Source of the DNA: Fidelibacterota bacterium
GTDB lineage: Bacteria > Fidelibacterota > Marinisomatia > Marinisomatales > TCS55
Assembly (NCBI GenBank): GCA_046861385.1
Contig: JBHHTW010000027.1
Coordinates: forward strand, 1-30,495
Direction: 5' to 3'
DNA: 30,495 bases
The notes below the pieces were generated by a model, which was not told where the DNA came from, did no database searches, and saw only the letters and a list, made by a program, of their open reading frames with translations. A program made the position numbers and the translations under genes. Below, in pieces: positions 10,142-17,999 of the stretch (the first letter of the stretch is position 1; each line of letters begins with the position of its first letter).

Positions 10142-10648
10142 TTGTTCGGAAATTTAGCGAGAATCAGCATTGTCATATTTACGATGGCAAGCGGGTTTAA
10201 TTACGCTCAGGACCTTCCTGATTCTGTACGGACTGCTGACAATGAGACCGTATCCTGGAAAGAGGTCAGGGATCAAAAGTGGGTTCTATTATATTTTTAC
10301 AGAGGAAATTGGTGAAAATATTGTAACCGGCAGGTTGCCGAAATCGTTGCCCGATACGATCAATTTTTAGATCTAAACTTGAAATTGGTCGCCATCAGCG
10401 CTGAATCTGCTACCGATAGTAAAACCATGAAGGACAGACACAAAGCACCTTTTTTGTTTATTGCGGATGAATCGCTGGAGCTTATCGATTATTATCAATT
10501 TAGAAACAACGATATTGCTCATCCGGGATTTAGTTTACTTCATCACGGCAACGTGGTGTGGAGACAGCGAGAAATGAAATTCATCCGTAAAGATGCACAA
10601 ACAATATTACGGCAGGTTCAAACTGCTCAACTGAATAGCAGCCCATAA
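10142..10648 (+). CDS. Peroxiredoxin-like (AhpC/TSA, redoxin) selenoprotein with UxxC motif
   Basis: One frame from TTG 10142 to TAA 10648 (168 aa) broken only by TGA at 10313-10315 in 'LYFYRGNW-U-KYC', matching FYRGxWCPxC; signal-peptide-like N-terminus; the 10379..10648 ORF is its C-terminal half; start codon uncertain. Confidence 0.85.
10323..10350 (+). promoter_or_regulatory. Bacterial SECIS-like hairpin
   Basis: CGGCA-GGT-TGCCG upper stem-loop (10328-10340) starts 12 nt after the TGA; GTAAC/GTTGC lower stem; G-containing apical loop resembles E. coli fdhF GCAGGUCUGC. Confidence 0.7.
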
Positions 10649-10665
10649 TAAAGAAAAGGTATTTA

Positions 10666-11613
10666 ATGACTAATCAACAACATGATTATGGTCCCATAGC
10701 CATATACCGCTCTAAATATCTCATCATTACGGTATTTGGATTGCTGGTAGGATTGGGGTTCTTTTTAGCCGCAATCCATGCATGGTTTTACTTGGGACTG
10801 AAATCCAGCCAATATCAAATACATCAAATATTAATTCTAGGATTTCGCTTGAGCATTTCAATCCCAATTGGTGCTTATCTGATGTCGCGAGCATTGGATA
10901 TGGGAAGATTATTTAGAGGTGAAATAACCCTTCCTGCATTTTTTCGCATACCTGGTTTTGCATTGTGGGGTGGATTATTCAGCGGAATCATTACAATCCT
11001 GGCAACGGCTCATCAATTCAATTGGGAATCATTATTCATTTTTGATGCTGCTGTTTTTGGATTGCCTCTTGCCCAGATGTTTGGACGAATTGGCTGCCTT
11101 AATTATGGATGCTGTCATGGACGTCCCCATGGCGGACGCTGGTCAATTAAATATCAGAATACCGAATCGAAAGTAATTCGAACTTATGCACATTTAAGGG
11201 GGATTGATTTATACCCCACTCAGGTTTACTCCGGGTTGGCAAATTTGGGTATTTATCTTATCATAATCAGCCTGGTTATCCTATTTCCTGCAGCTGAAAA
11301 AGGATTGTTGACCAGCGTTTATTTAATCCTGTACGGATTAAAACGATATATTATAGAATTTTTCCGTGGTGAATTCCCTAGGACCAGTTTTTTGGGACTT
11401 AGTCTCTGGCAATGGTTCAGCCTTGGATTTATTGCAAGTGGAATCATTCTTGGATTATCGCTGATGAATCCATTTTTTGGTTCTCCTACCCGGTATTTTT
11501 ATCTGTCCGATGGTTTCAGCATGGTCCTGGTACTCACGCCCATGACATTATTAGCCACCTCGATCATTACATTCATTTATTCACTCCATGGTAAACGAAT
11601 AGGAAATTGGTAA
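10666..11613 (+). CDS. Prolipoprotein diacylglyceryl transferase (Lgt)-like membrane protein, divergent paralog
   Basis: Multi-TM; 'GRIGCLNYGCCHG', 'PTQVY', 'YGLKRYIIEFFRG', 'SLWQWFS' motifs. Confidence 0.8.
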   Translation: MTNQQHDYGPIAIYRSKYLIITVFGLLVGLGFFLAAIHAWFYLGLKSSQYQIHQILILGFRLSISIPIGAYLMSRALDMGRLFRGEITLPAFFRIPGFALWGGLFSGIITILATAHQFNWESLFIFDAAVFGLPLAQMFGRIGCLNYGCCHGRPHGGRWSIKYQNTESKVIRTYAHLRGIDLYPTQVYSGLANLGIYLIIISLVILFPAAEKGLLTSVYLILYGLKRYIIEFFRGEFPRTSFLGLSLWQWFSLGFIASGIILGLSLMNPFFGSPTRYFYLSDGFSMVLVLTPMTLLATSIITFIYSLHGKRIGNW

Positions 11614-11615
11614 AT

Positions 11616-12695
11616 ATGAAAACAGATTATCCGGTCGCGATTATTGGAGCAGGTCCTTATGGACTGTCTCTGGCCAATCATTTGACTTATAATAATACTC
11701 CATTCATTATCTTGGGTAAACCGATGTCCCTCTGGAAAAGACATACATTTAATTCAATGAATCTCCGCTCGGATTATGCTACCTCGGAAATCTGCCATCC
11801 GACTGGTCAATTTGGATTCGAACGTTTTTGTTCAGATTTTCGTATCCCCCTGAATGACATTAAAGGACAACTTCCCGTGACAGTTTTTCGGAATTACATC
11901 GATTGGTGTCAGTCCCAATTTACGTTTCCAATTAGTCAGCAAATGGTGATCAACCTTAGAAAAACCAATGATGGATTTTTTATTAAAACAGATCAAAATG
12001 AATCATTTACTGCAAAAAAAGTGGTTGTCGCTACTGGAATTGCTCATCATCTTTACATTCCGAATGAGTTAAAAAACCATCCAAGTGTTGTCCACGGTTA
12101 CCACACTCGTCGAATCGAATCAATTCGTAAACAGAATGTATTGGTGGTGGGGGCAGGACAATCAGCTGCAGAAAGTATAGCCGTTTTGAAAGAAAACAAT
12201 AATTCAGTTGAATGGTATACTAGGCGCAACCCTATTTATTTTTCCGAACCGCTGAATATACCAAAATGGCTATTTAATCAAGTCATCCGTTTGCCGCGTT
12301 TTATTCGAATATTAAATCCACTCCTGATTCAGAAACTTTTTGCCTTATTTTCATCGACGACCGTGACTCCAAATTTCAAATCTGTTTTAGAAACGGTATT
12401 CCGTCATCGCACGCTGCCCAAGCTGGAGCAATACGATACTGTCGTTGCCGCCACAGGATACAGGTATAATTTGGGCGAGTTATCATTTATTAAACAATCC
12501 TTAAAATCCAGTATCCGTCAGCATAATAATTATCCAATGGTGTCACCGAGTTTTGAAACCAGTGTTCCGGGTTTATTTTTCCTTGGGGCGATTACTGAGC
12601 CGTTTTTTGGCCCGCCCATGAAATTTATGATCGGGGCTCGTTATAGTTCTGCTGTTCTGGCTCGTGCTCTGTATTCAGTTCAGTATGATTCTTAA
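11616..12695 (+). CDS. FAD/NAD(P)-dependent oxidoreductase (class B flavoprotein monooxygenase-like)
   Basis: Two Rossmann motifs GAGPYG and GAGQSA, 'VVVATG', 'AATGY', 'PGLFFLG'; ATG 11616 preferred over 11607. Confidence 0.8.
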   Translation: MKTDYPVAIIGAGPYGLSLANHLTYNNTPFIILGKPMSLWKRHTFNSMNLRSDYATSEICHPTGQFGFERFCSDFRIPLNDIKGQLPVTVFRNYIDWCQSQFTFPISQQMVINLRKTNDGFFIKTDQNESFTAKKVVVATGIAHHLYIPNELKNHPSVVHGYHTRRIESIRKQNVLVVGAGQSAAESIAVLKENNNSVEWYTRRNPIYFSEPLNIPKWLFNQVIRLPRFIRILNPLLIQKLFALFSSTTVTPNFKSVLETVFRHRTLPKLEQYDTVVAATGYRYNLGELSFIKQSLKSSIRQHNNYPMVSPSFETSVPGLFFLGAITEPFFGPPMKFMIGARYSSAVLARALYSVQYDS

Positions 12696-13515
12696 TCACG
12701 ATTCAGCTCTTCCGGTTCTATTGGAGTCTGCACCATCTTTGGCAGCATACTTGGGAGTTAAAAAAGTCACATTGGTAAGGGAAGATCTTTTGGACGGTGT
12801 GGGTGGAAAAAAACGACGAAGCCTCAATAATATTGTAAATGAAATACCTTTGGGAAAAAATATCCATATCTTATCTTACCAGGGATCTCATACAGCTTTA
12901 ACCCTGTCAGATTTATTACCGGATCATTCAATTATCCTATATGGAAAATCCTATCCAGGTGGAGGATACCGTGATTTTATGACCCAATTGCTTTCGGAAC
13001 GACCCAATGTAAGTCAATTTACAGGGTCGTTATTACCACTGTTGATTAAATACATAATGGCAAAATTTCAATATCCCCATGACTGGTTTATGAATTTTGG
13101 GGGTGCCGTAGGCCATGATGAAATGTATATATCTGCAGCAGAAAAAGCATATCAGAAGATAGGAAATTCAGCACACCATATTGTTCCAGTCGCCAGTGGT
13201 GATTTATTAAAAGCCCTTAAAACGATATTTTCACAGGTAACAGGCATTTTAACGCAACCATGGTACATTCGCATTGTTCAGCGATTCAGACTACCATCAA
13301 GCAGAGGGATGGTTGGCCGTTCGTATTCTGAACGTGAAAGTCTTGTGCGTGATATTTATTTGAAAACGGGATTTGCGTTTGACCCGGTATTTATGGGATC
13401 AGTACTGGAGTATTGCATGCGAAAGACACCGCACTTCGAACATATTTGCTTGTGGGTAACTTGTCCGGGAACCGTATCTGATTTTTTATTAAGTTTCGAT
13501 GATCATAATGGATAA
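12685..13515 (+). CDS. Divergent PLP fold-type II enzyme, ACC deaminase/D-cysteine desulfhydrase-like
   Basis: 'VREDLL..VGGKKRR' ~ KRDDL..GGNKxR; 'NFGG'; 'VPVASG'; 'TGFAFDPVFMG' ~ G..LDPVYTGK; overlaps the upstream stop. Confidence 0.6.
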   Translation: MILNHDSALPVLLESAPSLAAYLGVKKVTLVREDLLDGVGGKKRRSLNNIVNEIPLGKNIHILSYQGSHTALTLSDLLPDHSIILYGKSYPGGGYRDFMTQLLSERPNVSQFTGSLLPLLIKYIMAKFQYPHDWFMNFGGAVGHDEMYISAAEKAYQKIGNSAHHIVPVASGDLLKALKTIFSQVTGILTQPWYIRIVQRFRLPSSRGMVGRSYSERESLVRDIYLKTGFAFDPVFMGSVLEYCMRKTPHFEHICLWVTCPGTVSDFLLSFDDHNG

Positions 13516-13551
13516 TAGCATGAAAACAGATCTGATATTTCCAGTTATAAT

Positions 13552-15177
13552 ATGAAATCTCAACAGATAAAAATAGCCAGAATTTCAGATTTAGAGGATC
13601 GCCAACCAACATACGCTTTAGTCGGAAACACCGATTTGGTTATTATCAAATATGACAATAATATTTCCGTATTTTATGGTCGTTGTCATCATCGGGGGGC
13701 ATTACTCGCAGACGGATATATCAAGGGCAAAAATCTAATCTGTGGCGTTCACTTCTGGGATTATCGATATGATACAGGTGTGAGTGAATATAATAATGAT
13801 GAAGTGCTACACCGATTTTCCACGGATATTCAAGACGGTGATCTATATATTGATAAAGATGAAATATTGGCGTTTGAAAAAACGAATCCACAACCGTTTC
13901 AACGGGAGCAGTACCTGGGCACTTATGCGGATACCCACCCAGAGAGTACCGAGCCTTTTACGGCCTATGTCAAGGAGCTGGCGCAAAACGGTTTAAAAAA
14001 TGTGGGCGCTCACGGCTTCACCGCTGCCATGGGTGTGGATCGAAATATATTACCCAAGTGGGAAGACATTCAATTTCTCCCAGCCCAATTAGCCAAACGT
14101 CCATTGCTGGATGAAGAAGAAGTGTCGACGAAAGTTGTGATTGGCCCTCGAGCGAACAAACCATTAACATTAGACATGCCAATTTTTGTTTCTGATATGA
14201 GTTTCGGGGCCCTATCTCGAGAGGCGAAAATTGCCTTATCCAAAGGAGCGGAATTGTCCGGCACGGGAATCTGTTCCGGTGAGGGCGGCATGCTTCCAGA
14301 GGAACAGGAGAATAATTCACGATATTTTTACGAATTGGCATCAGCAAAATTCGGATTTTCCTGGGATAAACTTAAAAAAGTACAGGCGTTTCATTTTAAA
14401 GGAGGGCAGGGCGCTAAAACCGGAACAGGCGGTCACCTTCCCGGTGATAAAGTAAAGGGAGAAATCGCTGTTGTCCGAAATCTGCCGGAAGGTCAATCGG
14501 CTATTTCACCGGCGGCATTTGCTGATTTGAAATCACCAACAGATTTTCGCAATTTTGCTGACAAGGTGAGAAAAATATCAGGCGGAATCCCTATTGGATT
14601 CAAAATTGCCGCCAGTCATATAGAGGACGACATTCAATTTGCTCTTGATGCGAGTGCAGATTATATCATATTGGATGGCCGGGGCGGTGGCACGGGAGCG
14701 GCACCCACTGTATTACGAAATAATATTAATATTCCCACCATTCCGGCTTTGGCTCGGGCACGCCACTATTTGGATAAAGTAGGCGCGACTAATATCACAC
14801 TGATTATTACGGGTGGATTAAGAATCGCCGATGATATTGCGAAAGCACTGATGCTTGGTGCTGATGCGGTGGCAGTCAGTAATGCAGCATTACAAGCCAT
14901 TGGGTGTATTGGGATGCGGGCGTGCAACACCAATAATTGCCCTGTGGGGATTGCCACGCAAAAGGACCATTTGCGATCGCGGCTGTTGATTGATAAATCT
15001 GCGCAACAATTAGCCAATTATTTTTCAGCAACCAACGACTTGGTTAAGGTAATCACCCGGGCATGTGGATGTAATGATATTTCCCAACTCTCTGTAAATG
15101 ACCTCACTACCTTCAATAATACGATTCAAAAGTTAACAGGGATAAATTATTCCGGGTTATATACAGGCAAGAACTGA
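13552..15177 (+). CDS. Rieske [2Fe-2S] domain fused to FMN-binding glutamate synthase-like domain
   Basis: Rieske CHHRG...CGVH; 'MSFGALS', 'SGEGG', 'QGAKTGTGGHLPG.K', 'DGRGGGTGAAP', Fe-S motif 'CIGMRACNTNNCPVGIATQ'. Confidence 0.9.
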   Translation: MKSQQIKIARISDLEDRQPTYALVGNTDLVIIKYDNNISVFYGRCHHRGALLADGYIKGKNLICGVHFWDYRYDTGVSEYNNDEVLHRFSTDIQDGDLYIDKDEILAFEKTNPQPFQREQYLGTYADTHPESTEPFTAYVKELAQNGLKNVGAHGFTAAMGVDRNILPKWEDIQFLPAQLAKRPLLDEEEVSTKVVIGPRANKPLTLDMPIFVSDMSFGALSREAKIALSKGAELSGTGICSGEGGMLPEEQENNSRYFYELASAKFGFSWDKLKKVQAFHFKGGQGAKTGTGGHLPGDKVKGEIAVVRNLPEGQSAISPAAFADLKSPTDFRNFADKVRKISGGIPIGFKIAASHIEDDIQFALDASADYIILDGRGGGTGAAPTVLRNNINIPTIPALARARHYLDKVGATNITLIITGGLRIADDIAKALMLGADAVAVSNAALQAIGCIGMRACNTNNCPVGIATQKDHLRSRLLIDKSAQQLANYFSATNDLVKVITRACGCNDISQLSVNDLTTFNNTIQKLTGINYSGLYTGKN

Positions 15178-15335
15178 ATTAATTATCATATTTTAGTCAA
15201 CCAGGAATCCGTTTAAGACAACAATCCATGGTTGTCGACCATCTTTAAGAAAAAGTGTGCCCTAACTGTGCTATATTTTTGTCTATTTAAGTCATTTAGA
15301 GTCATTTCGTACACACTTCTGTGATTTTGGAAAGC

Positions 15336-15375
15336 AAATAAAAAAACCCGTTTTGTCGTCGACAAACAGGGTTTT
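15336..15375 (-). terminator. Intrinsic terminator downstream of the tRNA
   Basis: AAAACCC-TGTTTGTC..GACAAAAC-GGGTTTTTTTATTT on the minus strand. Confidence 0.6.
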
Positions 15376-15399
15376 CGAGGAGGGGGACCGAAGAGACTC

Positions 15400-15428
15400 C
15401 CCGCCTTCATTTTATTACAGCGGGCAGG
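15400..15428 (-). repeat. REP-like hairpin, copy A (CCTG-CCCGCT..GAAGGCGGG)
   Basis: Same architecture as 15558-15593, opposite orientation. Confidence 0.5.
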
Positions 15429-15441
15429 GAACCTGAATTTA

Positions 15442-15518
<77 letters not shown>

Positions 15519-15552
15519 ATATCAAAGAACCTATTCCGGTAGCGAAGCTGTA

Positions 15553-15617
15553 AGCTGCCTGTCTGCCGAAGTTTGATTAGGAACGAAGGCAGGAGCTACC
15601 GGGGCATATCAAAGAAC
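15553..15617 (-). repeat. Duplicated tRNA 5' end and leader, interrupted by REP-like copy B (15558-15593)
   Basis: agctg|agctaccggggcatatcaaagaac is identical to 15502-15530 once the 36-nt insert is removed. Confidence 0.75.
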
Positions 15618-15721
15618 ATTATCCTGTAGCAAAACTAATCACTATCGGATCATTTAAGGGGTGGAAAATTAGTACAATTCAAGTGTGGTATTAATAGCAA
15701 AATATATGAAAAATGTGGATT

Positions 15722-15753
15722 AATTTTCTCGTCGAGACTTCGACGAGAAAATT
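15722..15753. repeat. Perfect 14-bp inverted repeat with 4-nt spacer
   Basis: AATTTTCTCGTCGA-gact-TCGACGAGAAAATT. Confidence 0.9.
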
Positions 15754-15754
15754 C

Positions 15755-15784
15755 TTGACTTGTTTACCCTTGATGGCGTACACT
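15755..15784 (+). promoter_or_regulatory. Sigma70-like promoter
   Basis: TTGACT-N18-TACACT upstream of the SD AAGGAG and ATG 15841. Confidence 0.6.
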
Positions 15785-15840
15785 TTACTGTCGAGAGACA
15801 AAATGCCAATTTTCTTTTAATTAACAATAAGGAGTTTTAA

Positions 15841-16068
15841 ATGGCTGAAACAGTAAAATCAACAGGCGTTTCAAAGGAAAAAGGTTATCTATACTACCTC
15901 GGTAAAGATGGCAATGTCTGGCGATCAAAGATGGCCCGCGCCGGTAAAGGCGGAGGCAATGCAGAAAAAGTGGCAGATGCTGGTGTGCAGCGCGAGTCAG
16001 GCTTTCTGTATTTTATCGACAAAAATGGTAACGTGGCTCGCGCCCCAATGGCAAGAGGCCGTAAATAA
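15841..16068 (+). CDS. Small basic protein with two internal repeats, unknown function
   Basis: GVSKEKGYLYYLGKDGNVWRSKMAR / GVQRESGFLYFIDKNGNVARAPMAR; strong SD; own promoter and terminator. Confidence 0.85.
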   Translation: MAETVKSTGVSKEKGYLYYLGKDGNVWRSKMARAGKGGGNAEKVADAGVQRESGFLYFIDKNGNVARAPMARGRK

Positions 16069-16088
16069 TCTACATACCATGCCGATTC

Positions 16089-16123
16089 AAAAAGCCTTCC
16101 CGAGAAATCGGGAGGGCTTTTTT
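16089..16123 (+). terminator. Intrinsic terminator
   Basis: AAAAAGCCTTCCCGA-GAAA-TCGGGAGGGCTTTTTT. Confidence 0.85.
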
Positions 16124-16173
16124 GTTATGACTATTATTTATTAGATTTTCACAGACCACATACCCCTTAATGA

Positions 16174-16572
16174 ATGAGCAATCCCAATCTTAAACAATCA
16201 AAAAAAATATGGTCGCTCTGGTTGATATTCAATTTATGGTCTTGTATGGATATGGGAATTGAATCAACGCAGACTATATTAGAAATTCCTATTCTTTATT
16301 CGAAAGACATTCAACCCATTTTCGACGCCAATTGCATTGAGTGTCATGGAAATACAAGCGGACTAAGTTTAACGTCGTATGATGAACTGATAAATGGCGG
16401 CGATCATGGGAACACTGTTATTCCTGGAAATAGCAATGAAAGTGTTATAATTCAAAAATTGGGAGAGAGTCCCCCTTTTGGTGATCGGATGCCATCCGGG
16501 TTGCCGCCGTTGGACCCAGCCCTGATAGATTTACTAATAACATGGATTGATTCCGGTGCTGAAAACAATTAG
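16174..16572 (+). CDS. Monoheme c-type cytochrome (Planctomycete cytochrome C-like), probable lipoprotein
   Basis: 'DIQPIFDANCIECHG', 'GLSLTSY', 'RMP', 'WIDSGA'; lipobox-like LWSC. Confidence 0.85.
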   Translation: MSNPNLKQSKKIWSLWLIFNLWSCMDMGIESTQTILEIPILYSKDIQPIFDANCIECHGNTSGLSLTSYDELINGGDHGNTVIPGNSNESVIIQKLGESPPFGDRMPSGLPPLDPALIDLLITWIDSGAENN

Positions 16573-17647
16573 TATCATATTAATGACTTCATCGATGTGG
16601 TCATTGCCGCGATTTGCGCTGCAGGAGGGAACCTCATGCAATCTTTGTCATGTGAATCCCTCTGGAGGAGGATTACGTAACGATTATGGCATCTCTGTAG
16701 CCAGTCAGGAACGATCCAAATACACCGGGGGACCGCTTGGAACAAGTTATACCGGGATGATCAACGACCATCTTCGCATCGGTGGAGATATACGATTTCT
16801 AAATTATAATACAATGGAAACTGATCAAATAAAAAGCGCATTGTTTCCTATGCAGGCGGATATTTCCAGTCATTGGAAAATGAGTGAGAAATTCAGTTTG
16901 GTTGTTAAACAAGATATGCTTCGCGGCAGAAATGATGTGTGGGTATTATGGAATGGTTTTTTAAAAAATGGGTTTCTTAAGATAGGTAAAGATACGCCAA
17001 ACTACGGAATTAAACTGGACGATCATACATCATTTATCAGAGGGGGAAACCTTAATAATAAAGTATTGCAAAACGAAGGATTAATATTTTCACCTTATTT
17101 AACATCACCAGGTATGTTAGAATGTGGGTTCACTTTTAATAATATTTTTGTCAGTCAATCTATAGCAAATCAATTTATAAAGGGTTCAAGTCAAGGCGGG
17201 TTTAATGAATATTTGCATGACAAAGCATTTACATCCCGGGTTGAATGGAGACCTTCATTCTACAATATCAATTCTCAACTGGGAGTATCATTTCTACAAC
17301 AGGGTTTAATTAGATTGAGTGGTATTTATGGTGGGCTTGCGACCAAAAAGATATCGTGGATGGGAGAAGTGGATGTTGCAGAGGAATATACATCCTCAGG
17401 TACATATTTAGTTTCTTACAGCGAATTAAATTATCATTTAAAAGGATATGACCTTCAACTAAAATATGATTTTTTTGACGAAGATATGGATACATTAGGG
17501 AATGCAATTCAGCGGATAACCGTTGGGTTTGAATTGGTTCCTATTCCATTTTTTGAAATTAGATTTCAAGCTCGTTTCACTGATTACACCGGAAACGAGG
17601 CTATTTTGAAAGAGGAATTTATCATTCAATTACACAGTTGGTTTTAA
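16547..17647 (+). CDS. Fused monoheme cytochrome c-porin (Cyc2-like architecture)
   Basis: Signal peptide, then 'LPRFALQEGTSCNLCHVNPSGGG.RN.YG', amphipathic beta-strands and C-terminal 'QLHSWF'; start TTG 16547 or GTG 16556. Confidence 0.7.
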   Translation: MIPVLKTISIILMTSSMWSLPRFALQEGTSCNLCHVNPSGGGLRNDYGISVASQERSKYTGGPLGTSYTGMINDHLRIGGDIRFLNYNTMETDQIKSALFPMQADISSHWKMSEKFSLVVKQDMLRGRNDVWVLWNGFLKNGFLKIGKDTPNYGIKLDDHTSFIRGGNLNNKVLQNEGLIFSPYLTSPGMLECGFTFNNIFVSQSIANQFIKGSSQGGFNEYLHDKAFTSRVEWRPSFYNINSQLGVSFLQQGLIRLSGIYGGLATKKISWMGEVDVAEEYTSSGTYLVSYSELNYHLKGYDLQLKYDFFDEDMDTLGNAIQRITVGFELVPIPFFEIRFQARFTDYTGNEAILKEEFIIQLHSWF

Positions 17648-17657
17648 GGAGATCGAA

Positions 17658-17999
17658 ATGCGAATATTCGTAATATTAATGATACTTTCACTACTATTTT
17701 GTGATGAAAAAAGTGAATTGAAAAATGTGAAAGTTTTACCATTCAAAACAAAAGCGGACATTATGAAATATATGAAATTGTCTGTGGCAGGTGAATTGGG
17801 AGTAAAATGCACATTTTGTCATAATATGAATGACTATAGCAGTGATGAAAACGAGCATAAATTAGTAGCCCGAAAAATGATGCAAATGGTCGTAAATATA
17901 AATGAAAACACAATGAAACCTTTAAAGAAGCATGAAATTTCATGCTGGACATGTCATCGCGAACAAAAACAACCGGAGCACAAAAAAAATGAAAATTAA
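17658..17999 (+). CDS. Diheme c-type cytochrome, reaction-centre cytochrome (PufC)-like domain
   Basis: 'KNVKVL', 'LGVKCTFCH', 'ARKMMQMV..IN', 'ISCWTCH'; SD AAGGAG; export signal. Confidence 0.8.
   Translation: MRIFVILMILSLLFCDEKSELKNVKVLPFKTKADIMKYMKLSVAGELGVKCTFCHNMNDYSSDENEHKLVARKMMQMVVNINENTMKPLKKHEISCWTCHREQKQPEHKKNEN

Noticed and set aside
10313-10315. TGA as Trp/Gly (genetic code 4 or 25)
   Set aside because: kbl, secD, secF and the Rieske fusion end at TGA at their expected C-termini, and the position aligns with a catalytic Cys.
10170-10370. 66-aa ORF in the track
   Set aside because: Alternative frame overlapping the selenoprotein N-terminal half, which carries the recognisable motif.
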